64,000 bases of DNA from an uncultured delta proteobacterium (GTDB lineage: Bacteria; Myxococcota_A; Polyangia; Haliangiales; Haliangiaceae). The position numbers and the translations under genes were made by a program. Below the pieces are notes generated by a model, which searched no databases, had not been told where the DNA came from, and saw only the letters and a list, made by a program, of their open reading frames with translations. Position 1 is the stretch's first letter, and each line of letters opens with the position of its first letter. This document shows, in pieces, positions 1-8,992 of the stretch. Location: positions 384,001-448,000 of the forward strand of contig CAWKDB010000010.1 in assembly GCA_963848295.1 (NCBI GenBank). Reading direction: 5' to 3'.

Positions 1-1764
1 CTGGCCGCCCGAGCAACGCCCCGGGCTCGTCGCGTTGCCGGCGGTCAACGCGCACGGCACGCCGGGATTCAGGGCCGATGCGCTGAGCGGATACGCGGTC
101 GAATCGAAGAACGGCATCGCGAGGGCGAGCGGGGTCGTGGTCGCGAGCGAATTGCCCGCGAGGTCGCGCACGTCCTTGAACTGGATCTCGTACGACTTCG
201 AGTACGCGAGCGGCGCGAGTGGGCGCACGACGATCGCCGAGCCCGCGCTCTCGATCTCGGACGGAACCGCGATGCCGGTGCCGTCGTCGAGCTCGATGCC
301 ACCTGCCCTCGCGCGCTCGAGATCGATCGGCTCGCTGAAGATCAGCTCGACGCCTTCGTCGGCGCGCAGCTCGTCCGGCGGCGACGGCTTGGTGTACGTC
401 GGTGGCGTGGTGTCCGCGGCCGGCGTCACGCTGTCATCGGTGATCAGCTCGAGCACGAGGTTCGTCGGTGCGGTCGTGACGCCGAGCAAGCCGAGCTCCA
501 TCGACGACACCGTCTCGATGTCAAGCACGCCGTCGGTCGCGGTCACGATACCGGCGGCCTGCAAGCCGAGCACGGTCTGCGCGAGCACCGCGTTGCCGGT
601 CGGATCGATCGTGAACACCGCGACATCGAGCGTCAGATCGACGTAGAGCGGTGCGCGATCGTTCTCCGGCGATTGGTCGGCGGCTTGATTTGGATTGCGA
701 TACATCCGGCCGCCACCGTCGGTGAGCAGCTCGATCTCGATGTTGCCGGTCGAGACGCCGAGCGGAATCTGCCCGCCGAGGCTGACGTCGAGCCCGCTGA
801 TCTCGAGCCGCTGGCCTTTGCGCAGCGTGAACGCGATCGGCCCGCCGAGCGCCTTCGGATCCGACAGCTCGGTCGCGAGCACGCTCGGCAACAACGTCGA
901 GGTCTGCGCCCCGATCAGCGGGCTCGACAGATCGATGGTGTTGGTCGGCCGCCCGTTGCGCGGCGCCGCGTTGCCCGGATCGCCGCTCTGGCGGGTGCGC
1001 AGGACCTCGGGGATCGGCCCGATCGACCCGCGGCTATCGACCGGCGCGATCGCGATCGACGTCGGCGCGATCGCCTGACCGCCGCGATCGACGATCGAGC
1101 TGCCGAGCTCGAGCGTGTACGTCTCGCCGGCGAGCAGATCGGCATCGGGATCGATCGCGACGTGGATGCCGTCGGTGAGGATGTCGGCCGGCACCTCAGT
1201 GCCCGACGGATCCAGCAACTCGAACGCGCCGGGTGCGAGCACGACGGTGCGCGGGTCGAGCGGCTCGGAGAACAGTAGCTGGAGCGTCGAGCTCTCGATG
1301 ATCGGCCGATACGTGCCCGGGCTCGACGGCGCCGAGCCATTGACCGCCACGAGCGCCGGTGCCGCCGCGCGGGGTCGTGTCGTCCGGGTCGTGAACGTCG
1401 CGACCGTGCCGCCCGCCGGCACGTTCTGCGCCGCCGGATCGAGCGTCGCTTGAACGACGAGGCTGTACTGCGTGCCCGGCGCGAACGGCGCGCTGTCGAC
1501 CTCGACCGTCTTGCCATCCATCGACACCGTCGGGGTGATCGCGAGCGGCCCGTTCGGCCCGGTGATCGCGAACGACGACGCGAGCGCGCTCGCGTCGACC
1601 GCCTCGGAGAACGTGACGACGACGCGCGTCCCGACCGGGACGTCGAGCTCGCCGTTGACCGGATATGAGAAGACCACACCGGGGGCCGCGTTCTCGAGCG
1701 GAGCCACGGGACTCGAGCAACCGACGATCGCGAGTGCGATCGCGCCAGCGACGGATCGCGCCAT
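1..1764 (-). CDS. Ig-like (Big_5-type) domain lipoprotein, 3' end runs off the window
   Basis: Read manually (absent from the ORF track): ATG at 1764, MARSVAGAIALAIVGC lipobox, repeated Ig-like motifs (YPVNGELDVPVGTRVVVTFSEAVD; LLFSEPLD; LIFSEPID). Confidence 0.8.
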   Translation of the reverse strand, partial: MARSVAGAIALAIVGCSSPVAPLENAAPGVVFSYPVNGELDVPVGTRVVVTFSEAVDASALASSFAITGPNGPLAITPTVSMDGKTVEVDSAPFAPGTQYSLVVQATLDPAAQNVPAGGTVATFTTRTTRPRAAAPALVAVNGSAPSSPGTYRPIIESSTLQLLFSEPLDPRTVVLAPGAFELLDPSGTEVPADILTDGIHVAIDPDADLLAGETYTLELGSSIVDRGGQAIAPTSIAIAPVDSRGSIGPIPEVLRTRQSGDPGNAAPRNGRPTNTIDLSSPLIGAQTSTLLPSVLATELSDPKALGGPIAFTLRKGQRLEISGLDVSLGGQIPLGVSTGNIEIELLTDGGGRMYRNPNQAADQSPENDRAPLYVDLTLDVAVFTIDPTGNAVLAQTVLGLQAAGIVTATDGVLDIETVSSMELGLLGVTTAPTNLVLELITDDSVTPAADTTPPTYTKPSPPDELRADEGVELIFSEPIDLERARAGGIELDDGTGIAVPSEIESAGSAIVVRPLAPLAYSKSYEIQFKDVRDLAGNSLATTTPLALAMPFFDSTAYPLSASALNPGVPCALTAGNATSPGRCSGGQ

Positions 1765-1853
1765 TCCCTAACCGTATCAAGGCCGTGCGACCGGAGATAG
1801 CGCTTCTCGCACGTCTGTGACTCGCCGCACCGCGCCGAGCTCAACGCGTGCTC

Positions 1854-4165
1854 CAGACTTCGGGACGCTGATCTCATTGGAGTTGGGTTTCGAAGCGTAG
1901 GGGAAGGCGCTTGTGATCACTCGGCAGGATCAGGCCGCGCTGGGTAAGATGACCGAGCAGATGATGAATCGCGTCGAGCTCGGATCGATTGGCTGCGGGC
2001 GCGAGGCGGACGATGATGGCGTGTTCGGTGATTGCCACCTTTGCCGGCGCGGCGAACAGGTTCGCGACGAGCTTCTTCGCCTCTCGGGGCCGGCTCATGT
2101 GCGGTGCGGCGATCGCGGCCAGCTCGGACTCGGCGTTGGCGCAGACGACGCGGATGACGTCGATGACAGTCTTGAGCTTGCCCGTGTGGCGGACGAGCTT
2201 GCCGGCGAGCTCGGTCTCTTCGACGGCGGCGTGCTTCGGAAACAGCGGGCGGAGCGCCTCGAGCTGCCGCTGCCATTCGAGCGACTCTGCGAGCTCGCGT
2301 TCGACACGCTCGCGTCGCTTGTCGTCCGCGGCCAGCCGCGCCAGCTCGCGGCGTGCGTCGCCCTCGGCGGTGCGCCAGACCCGCAGCGCGCGCTCGAGCT
2401 TTCGACGTGCCGGGTTCGGGATGATCGTCCCGGGTGGATACGGTTCGACGCGCCGGCCGTCGAGCTGGTTGATGCCCCAGCGCTCGACCCCGTGCTTGAA
2501 GCCGTTCTCCTGGCGCCAGCGGAGCCACAGGATCTCGACGAGCCGCTCCGCGGGCAGCTTCGAGGCGGCGAGCAAGCTCACCTGTCGACCATCTTCGGTG
2601 CAGACCATGATGCGACGAAGGCGCCCGCGACCCTCGCCGAGATTTCGCAATCGGCTCTCGTGCAGCCCGACCTGTTCGCCCGCGATCGTCGCCGCTGTAA
2701 ACGCCGTCGCCGGCAGCTCGGCGTAGGGCTTTCGCTCGTACGTGACGAAGTCGAAGTGGGCCTCGCGCAGCGCCGCGAGTTGCGCGGCAAACGCACCACC
2801 GCGATCGAAGGCGAGCAGGATCGTCTCGTCGGGGCCGAGCGCTTTGCGCAGGCGCTGGCCCAGGGGCAGCAGCCACTCGGTCAGGTGATCGTGCGACGGC
2901 ACCGGCACGCGAAACATCGGCCGGCCGTCCTCGTCGTGGACGTAGTAGTCGGTCGTCCCGGGCAGCACGCGCTTGGCCTGCATCCGCCAGCCCTTTCGCA
3001 CGACATGCTTGCCCGTATACGGCCGTAGATGGTTGTCGACGTAGAAGATCGCCGGGGCGCCGTCGCTCGCTGCGGTTGCGATCAGCCGCTCGGCCATCCG
3101 TGCCTCCAGCGCGGCGCCGGCGTCGGTCTGTGCGAGCAATCGACCGAGGATCTTGCGGACCCCGCTGGCCGTGGGCACGCGCTCGGCGCGCAGCAGCGTC
3201 GCGCCGGTCGGTGTCGCGAGTCGGCGCACACCCTCGACGACGAATTGCTTGAGCGCGAGCGCACAGATCACCGCGTCGAGCGCGATCCGCAGCCCATCGG
3301 GATGCCGGCCCTCGAACGCGCGCTGCGCCTCTTCGTGCAGCCCCATCTCGCCGGCAAGCGCGAGCAAGATCCAGCAGCCGGCGTGCTGCACGAGCTTTCC
3401 GCCGCGGACCGGCTGCGCCGTCATCGGCACCTGATCCTTGTCGTCGAATTCGTCGGCCGTGACCGGATCGTCGCCGAGGTCGACATCGCGATCCGGTCCG
3501 GCGATCAGCAGTGCGAGCTGCCCGGCGATCGCGGTCGGCGCGGCCTGCCGTGCCGCCTCGACAGGGCTCCCGGCGGCGCGCTCACGACGCCAGTCGTCCC
3601 AAACGCGCCACACCGTCGAATACACGAGGCGCTGTTTGCGCGGCTGTTCGCGGTGCGCGTCGATCGGCATTCGCCCCGCGTCGAACATCGCGTACCAAAC
3701 AGTTCGCAACTCCCGCGTTACCTTCGTAACTCCTCCGCGTCGCGGTCCCAGCACCGCAGCAAACCCCGCGGCTTCTTCCTTCCGCCGCAGGCGCCGCAAA
3801 TGTTCGTCCGTGATCCCGAATGCTGTTGCCAGTCGCCCGAGGTGGAACTGATCGGTTTTCGCGAGCGTCACTGCCAGTACGTTGCGAGGGCCGCGGTCAT
3901 CGTCGTCCAGATCGAACCCGCCGATCAGCGTCCCGCCGATGTACACGCTCGCGATCGTGTCCCGGACGATCACCACCCCGTCCGACGAGAAACGCCGGAT
4001 TTCGTGGGCGGGCTTTGGCGACGGCTCAGGCAAGGCGAGGTCGAGAGCTTCCATCGTTGCCAAGACAACCGCCAGCGATCCGAAATTCCCACAATCCATC
4101 GATCTAATCGAATTCTCGTAAACCCGCGTCATTCGATCAGTTCACGAAATGCGGCCCGAACTCTG
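1854..4165 (-). mobile_element. Insertion sequence (2312 bp) with a large DDE-type transposase
   Basis: Terminal IRs CAGACTTCGGGACGC (1854-1868) and CAGAGTTCGGGCCGC (reverse complement of 4151-4165), 13/15 match; direct repeat GTGCTC at 1848-1853 and 4166-4171. Confidence 0.85.
1874..4054 (-). CDS. Putative transposase (N-terminal HTH, RNase-H-like DDE core)
   Basis: Motifs YVDNH, FDRGG, RWRQENGFK; lies inside the IR/TSD-bounded element; likely start ATG 4054 (track start 4132). Confidence 0.8.
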   Translation of the reverse strand: MEALDLALPEPSPKPAHEIRRFSSDGVVIVRDTIASVYIGGTLIGGFDLDDDDRGPRNVLAVTLAKTDQFHLGRLATAFGITDEHLRRLRRKEEAAGFAAVLGPRRGGVTKVTRELRTVWYAMFDAGRMPIDAHREQPRKQRLVYSTVWRVWDDWRRERAAGSPVEAARQAAPTAIAGQLALLIAGPDRDVDLGDDPVTADEFDDKDQVPMTAQPVRGGKLVQHAGCWILLALAGEMGLHEEAQRAFEGRHPDGLRIALDAVICALALKQFVVEGVRRLATPTGATLLRAERVPTASGVRKILGRLLAQTDAGAALEARMAERLIATAASDGAPAIFYVDNHLRPYTGKHVVRKGWRMQAKRVLPGTTDYYVHDEDGRPMFRVPVPSHDHLTEWLLPLGQRLRKALGPDETILLAFDRGGAFAAQLAALREAHFDFVTYERKPYAELPATAFTAATIAGEQVGLHESRLRNLGEGRGRLRRIMVCTEDGRQVSLLAASKLPAERLVEILWLRWRQENGFKHGVERWGINQLDGRRVEPYPPGTIIPNPARRKLERALRVWRTAEGDARRELARLAADDKRRERVERELAESLEWQRQLEALRPLFPKHAAVEETELAGKLVRHTGKLKTVIDVIRVVCANAESELAAIAAPHMSRPREAKKLVANLFAAPAKVAITEHAIIVRLAPAANRSELDAIHHLLGHLTQRGLILPSDHKRLPLRFETQLQ

Positions 4166-4907
4166 GTGCTCTCTTTGACCGCGATCGTGACCTCGGCCCG
4201 ATCGGAGGTCCCCTTGGTTTGGCGCCAGCCCACCTCGACGATGTCGAACCTGCCCGTCGCCTCGAGCGCGTGCTGCGTCTGCCGGATCGCGGCGTCGCTG
4301 TACACCTGGCCCGGCGCGACCACGCTCTTTCGGCGAATCTCCGCTTCGGACACCCTCCAGTTGCCGATGACCTTCACGCTGTCGACCGTCACTCGCGGAC
4401 CGCGCGTGATCTGGAAGAGCAGATCGACGTAGGTCAGGTGCTCGGCGGTGCCCTGCATCTGCGAGATGTCGACCATCCCGTAACCGGCGTTGCCGTAGCA
4501 CTCGCGGACGCGCGCTAGGTCACGCGCGATATCTTGCGACGACAACCGATAGCGAGCTCGCTCCTCGATCGTGAGGACGTCGCCGTCGACCGTCACGCTG
4601 GAGTCAGCGAAGCCGAGGCGCATGTAGAGCTCGCGCACCGCTCTTTCTGCGAGCTCGGCATCGGTCAGCGGCTCGATGCAGTCGGAAACGCACACCAAGC
4701 ATGCTTGGCACACCGCGAGATCGCGCTCCGGCGCCGGATCCTGCTTGTGCTCGCGACTGCGTGTTGCAGCTCGGCGAGAGTGAGCGACCGATTGCCGGGG
4801 ACCTCGAGCGTCTGCCCGTGGGCGAGGTGGAGCACCGGCGGAACGCCCGCGCGGGCCAACGCGGCGACGGCGACGAACCCGATCAGCGTGGCGGCGGCTA
4901 GTCTCAC
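4129..4907 (-). pseudogene. Secreted POTRA-domain protein, frameshifted near 4750 and 3'-interrupted by the IS
   Basis: Signal peptide in ORF 4665..4907; POTRA motifs (YGNAGY, VDSVKVIGNWRVSEAEIRR, LEATGRFDIV, VTIAVKE) in ORF 4129..4713; the frameshift could be an assembly error. Confidence 0.65.
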
Positions 4908-5004
4908 CTACGAGATCCGGACGGCGTCGGCCCCGTGCAAGTCACATCGCGGACAGCCTCTTGTGATCGGCGGCGGGCTATGGCATTCACTCGGGGCCCG
5001 AAAA

Positions 5005-5086
5005 GCGATCGTGGCGGAATTGGTAGACGCGCTGGTCTCAGGTGCCAGTACTTCACAGTGTGGGGGTTCGAGTCCCCCCGATCGCA
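5005..5086 (+). tRNA. tRNA-Leu (CAG)
   Basis: Acceptor stem GCGATCG/CGATCGC, D-loop GGAATTGGTAGAC, anticodon arm CTGGT-CTCAGGT-GCCAG, long variable arm, T-loop GTTCGAGTC; CCA not encoded. Confidence 0.95.
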
Positions 5087-5090
5087 CTAC

Positions 5091-6275
5091 CTAAGCCGCG
5101 GTGCTCACTAGGTTCTCACTACTGGTGCTCTCGGTTTTTGTCAGGCTTTTGCCACGAGCCCCCATCATCGCGAGCACGCGCGCGTCCGGATCGCGCTGCG
5201 CTTCGCCCGCCTCGCGGACTGCTTCCGGAAGCTCGCGACCGTGCGCTTCCGCGACGTGGACGTAGATCATCGTCTCGTCGATCCGCTTGTGGCCCATCCA
5301 CGACTGCAGCCGCCACGGGTTCACGCCGAACAGCGCGGCGTGGGTTCCGAACGAATGCCGCAGTGTGTGCCAGTACCGAACGGGCAAGCCGGCGCGCCTG
5401 CAGATGCGCCGAATCGCGACATCCGCTTGCTCGTCGGTCTTCGCCGTGCCGTCGCCGTTGCGCACGACGAGTCCTTCACGAATGACGGCCATCCGCTTGA
5501 GCGAATCGTAGAGCGCGGTGGTGATCGGCACGGTCCGCCGGGTACGGCCCTTCGGCGTCGTGGTCTCTCCGTTGCGCGTCTGGAAGTTGATCGTGATCGT
5601 CTTCGCGATCATGTCCACGTCCTCGCGCCACCGCAGAGCTTTGACCTCGCCGACCCGTAGCCCTGCCTCACCGGCAAGGCACACCGCCGCGTACCACTCG
5701 TCGCCCTCGACCTTCGCCGCTGCGAGAATGCGCGCGTACTGCGCGAAGTCCCACGCAACGATCTCCGGTCGCTCGACCTTGAACAGCCCCACTTTCGGCG
5801 CCTTCACCAACACCTCGCAGTCGACCGCGTACTTCAGCGGCTTGAACAGCACTGCGAGGATGTTGTTGATGCGCTTGTCGCAGAGCTTGCCGCCGGCGAC
5901 GAGATCGGCGCGAAACCGCGCGATCTCACCGACGGTGATCTCGTCGAGCGGCATCTTCCCGAACCGCGGCTCCAGATGCAGGTCGTAGATGATGTTCTTC
6001 GAACGGACTTCGGTCGGCTTGTTCTTGCGACCGATCACCCACTCGTTCCAAAAGCGGCCCTTGAACCATCCCGCAAACGTGATGACCTCCCTTTTCATCG
6101 GCGTGCGCTCGGGATGCAGGACTCGCTCGATATGCTCGAGCATCGCCTGCTGCGCCGCCGTCTTGATGTTGATGTGCTTCGGCGCGCAACCGCTAATTCG
6201 CTCGCGCGTCCCGTCGGGCTTGTGCACTGTCTCGCGATAGCGCCAGCGCCCATCTTTTCCACGTCGAACCGGCAT
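5091..6275 (-). CDS. Tyrosine recombinase / integrase
   Basis: Catalytic residues intact: GLRVGE, TPKG, HTLRH, MGH, TMIY; stop codon 4 bp from the tRNA 3' end. Confidence 0.95.
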   Translation of the reverse strand: MPVRRGKDGRWRYRETVHKPDGTRERISGCAPKHINIKTAAQQAMLEHIERVLHPERTPMKREVITFAGWFKGRFWNEWVIGRKNKPTEVRSKNIIYDLHLEPRFGKMPLDEITVGEIARFRADLVAGGKLCDKRINNILAVLFKPLKYAVDCEVLVKAPKVGLFKVERPEIVAWDFAQYARILAAAKVEGDEWYAAVCLAGEAGLRVGEVKALRWREDVDMIAKTITINFQTRNGETTTPKGRTRRTVPITTALYDSLKRMAVIREGLVVRNGDGTAKTDEQADVAIRRICRRAGLPVRYWHTLRHSFGTHAALFGVNPWRLQSWMGHKRIDETMIYVHVAEAHGRELPEAVREAGEAQRDPDARVLAMMGARGKSLTKTESTSSENLVSTAA

Positions 6276-6276
6276 G

Positions 6277-6657
6277 TCAGCCTTTCCGAATCAACGTGGC
6301 CTTGCATGACGTATCCAACCATGACACGAGCGCACCCCGTCGAAACAAGACGCGTTTCCCTAAGCGTTGATGAGGGATCACGCCGCGGCCGGCGTAGTCA
6401 TAGACCGTGTTGCGATCGACGCCGAGGAATGCGGCGACCTCGTCGGCGGTCATGACTTCTTTGTTGGCGTCGGTGACGGTGAGCGGCCGGAGTGTGGGCG
6501 CCGCGGCGTTCGCTTCGAGCTGGTTCTTGAGGAACGCGACGAAGCTGGTTAGCGAGCCGATCGCGATCCGCCGCATCAGATCGCGGCTCGTGCGTCCGTC
6601 GATCGTGATGACGCGGCGCTCGTCGTCAGCTGTGACCAATGCGAGCTTCGCGCTCAC
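6277..6657 (-). CDS. Excisionase-like helix-turn-helix protein
   Basis: MTADEVAAFLGVDRNTVYDYAGRGVIPHQRLGKRVLFRR (HTH_17/Xis-like), directly upstream of the integrase. Confidence 0.85.
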   Translation of the reverse strand: MSAKLALVTADDERRVITIDGRTSRDLMRRIAIGSLTSFVAFLKNQLEANAAAPTLRPLTVTDANKEVMTADEVAAFLGVDRNTVYDYAGRGVIPHQRLGKRVLFRRGALVSWLDTSCKATLIRKG

Positions 6658-7652
6658 GACGCGAGTCCTCTCTCGATCTCGTCGATATTGGCGCGCAGCC
6701 AGACGACGGAATCGGGGACCGACATCGATACGAATTGGGCGATAATCTTCGAGATCTCAGGATCCGTGGCGTACTTCATCAGCGCCGGCGCGAGCTTCAT
6801 CAGCCGGTCCCGTTCGGCAGGCTCTAGCAGCTCGTTGATCGCCGTTGCCTTACCGATAAGTGCTTGGCGCATCGCGACCGGGTCGACGGCCAAGTCGGGT
6901 GCGGCCGGAGCCAGGGTCGAGGCTTTCTCATCGTGCTTCCGAGCAGCGCGTCGCCAGTCCAACATGTCAGAGGGCTGCCACTTCGTCGTCGGCTCACCGG
7001 CGGGCTTGGTGCCGCCCATCATTGAAGCGACGAGCTGCTGCACGACCATCCCGACGATCGGCTGAATCGTCTCGATCCAACCCGTTTTTGTCCTCGAGAC
7101 GTCGTCGTCTTCATCGTCGTTCGATGCCGGCTCTTCGCTCGGCGCTGGCAGCTGAAGCGTTGGCGCGTTGCGAAAGAACCCGCGCGCGGAGCTGATCGAC
7201 TTGATCCACTCCGCCTGCGACTCTGCGACGGCGCGCATTGCCTCCGCGTTCGTGCGAGCTATGTGGGCGACCGCTTCGAGCGCATACCGGAGGTCGCTGC
7301 TCGTCGACGATCCGCGTGCCGGCACGAGCAACGCATCCGGCTCCGATGCGTTGCGATATTCGCGCGAGGTCTCGACCGTCGTGACGTACTCGATCACGTT
7401 GCCGACGTCGTCGAGCGCATAGATACGATAGGTATCTGCGCCGCAGCTGTCGGCGAGCTCGTCGACAGTCGTATCGAGCGGGAACCGAGCCGGCTGCTTG
7501 TCGGGACCGTTGATCGTCCGCGGCCGGCCTTTCGTGTTCCGCGAGATGCGCCAGGCGCAGGTGCCTGCCGGAACCTCGACGAGGTTGCCCTGCGCGTCGC
7601 GGGCGAGTGGTGGATGTTCGTTCGGAGTCGCTGCGGTGTTCGTTGCCTTCAT
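6654..7652 (-). CDS. Hypothetical protein, first gene of the integrase operon
   Basis: 332-aa ORF with a 4-bp overlap to the Xis-like gene; no recognised domain. Confidence 0.75.
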   Translation of the reverse strand: MKATNTAATPNEHPPLARDAQGNLVEVPAGTCAWRISRNTKGRPRTINGPDKQPARFPLDTTVDELADSCGADTYRIYALDDVGNVIEYVTTVETSREYRNASEPDALLVPARGSSTSSDLRYALEAVAHIARTNAEAMRAVAESQAEWIKSISSARGFFRNAPTLQLPAPSEEPASNDDEDDDVSRTKTGWIETIQPIVGMVVQQLVASMMGGTKPAGEPTTKWQPSDMLDWRRAARKHDEKASTLAPAAPDLAVDPVAMRQALIGKATAINELLEPAERDRLMKLAPALMKYATDPEISKIIAQFVSMSVPDSVVWLRANIDEIERGLAS

Positions 7653-7697
7653 GCTTCTAGGCTAGCGATCGACTGGGCAACGCTTGCCGATCCGCGA

Positions 7698-7788
7698 GAT
7701 CCCGGCGATAAAGCCTTCGTGGAACCTTCGTTGAAAGCTTCGCGAAACCCTTCCGGGAAGCGTTCGTGAAACGTTTCTCGCCGGCATC
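7698..7788. repeat. Six degenerate ~12-bp units enclosed by a 15-bp inverted repeat
   Basis: TTC at 7716, 7727, 7739, 7751, 7763, 7775 alternating with GAA; arms GATCCCGGCGATAAA (7698-7712) and TTTCTCGCCGGCATC (7774-7788). Confidence 0.7.
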
Positions 7789-7826
7789 CGTCCCCGCTTT
7801 CGAGGGCCATTTCACCGAGAATCGCG

Positions 7827-8852
7827 ATGTATCGGCGCGGTGAGATCGGCCAGGTCGCCCGTGCGCTGCGCGTTCTCGACGCGCTTCGCGGCTACAAGCT
7901 CGGCCGCTGGGTCAGCGAAGTCGCGAAAGACCTCGGATCGAGCGAACGCACCGTCCGCCGCGACATCACCGAGCTGCAAGATGCAGGCTTCGACATCGAG
8001 CTGACCAAGCGCGACAACCGCACGTTCGCCTCGCTCGTGAGCGAACGGAACTACTCCCCCGTCTCGATCACGAAGCGCGAGCGCTTCACGTTGCTCGCCG
8101 TGCGCAGCGTGTTTGACGTGTTGAAGGGAACGCCGTTCCACGACGACGTCCACAGCGTCATGTCGAAGCTCGAGCAGCGCATGAACACCAAGGAGCGCGA
8201 CGAGCTCGCGGCCTTCGGCGAGCGCTTCGTCTACCTACCCGACCACGGCACCAAGTCGTACGCCGGCAAAGAAGACATCATCGACGCGATCCAAACCGGC
8301 ATCCTCTCGCGCAAGGTCGTCCGCTACCGCTACGCGGACTCGCGCGGCCGTGCGCGTGACGGGTTTTTCGCGCCGTACGGAATGGTTCTCTATCGCCACG
8401 GCCTCTACGCCGTCGGCGGACGCCTCAAAGCCGCGAACGACGACGCGCAGTCCGCACAGCTTGGGGTGTTCGCACTCGAACGGTTCACCGAAGCCGAGCA
8501 TCTGCGCGCTCACGACTTCGTGATGCCGCCCGAATTCCACATCCGCAACGTGCTCCACGGCGCCTTCGGCCCACACCTCGTTGACGAGTCGGGTCCACGC
8601 GAAGTGATCGTCGAGTTCAGCCGCGAGAAAGCGCTGCTCGTGTCATCGCGAACCTGGCACGAGACGCAGCGCATCGATCAGCTCCCAGACGGCCGCATCC
8701 GTCTCACGTTCCAGACGCCTCACGTCGCGCCGGTTGTCTCGTGGATCCTCGAATGGGGACCACACGCGCGCGCTGTCGCTCCAACGGAACTCGTGCAACA
8801 AGTGAAGGGCGAGCTGGCTGAGGCACATGCGCAGTATTCGACTGAACTCTGA
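7827..8852 (+). CDS. HTH-WYL-WCX transcriptional regulator
   Basis: N-terminal HTH (VAKDLGSSERTVRRDI), WYL region (PYGMVLYRHGLYAVG...FALERF), WCX-like C-terminus (WILEWGPHARAVAP). Confidence 0.9.
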   Translation: MYRRGEIGQVARALRVLDALRGYKLGRWVSEVAKDLGSSERTVRRDITELQDAGFDIELTKRDNRTFASLVSERNYSPVSITKRERFTLLAVRSVFDVLKGTPFHDDVHSVMSKLEQRMNTKERDELAAFGERFVYLPDHGTKSYAGKEDIIDAIQTGILSRKVVRYRYADSRGRARDGFFAPYGMVLYRHGLYAVGGRLKAANDDAQSAQLGVFALERFTEAEHLRAHDFVMPPEFHIRNVLHGAFGPHLVDESGPREVIVEFSREKALLVSSRTWHETQRIDQLPDGRIRLTFQTPHVAPVVSWILEWGPHARAVAPTELVQQVKGELAEAHAQYSTEL

Positions 8853-8992
8853 GCCGAGTGCACGCGGGCCGTGATCGATAGCACCCGAGCGAGGAGCGCC
8901 CCGCGTACGATCAACCACACCGTCGCCGGCTGATCGACGCGGCACGCGTGGAAGGCATCGAGTCAGGAGTCGTCTTCAAGTACGATAGATTC

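Noticed and set aside
35..1877. Track ORFs in the first 1.9 kb
   Set aside because: All are shadows or alternative frames of the Ig-like gene at 1..1764 (-)
7711..7780. CRISPR array
   Set aside because: Units are ~12 bp, degenerate and contiguous with no spacers; no cas genes in the window
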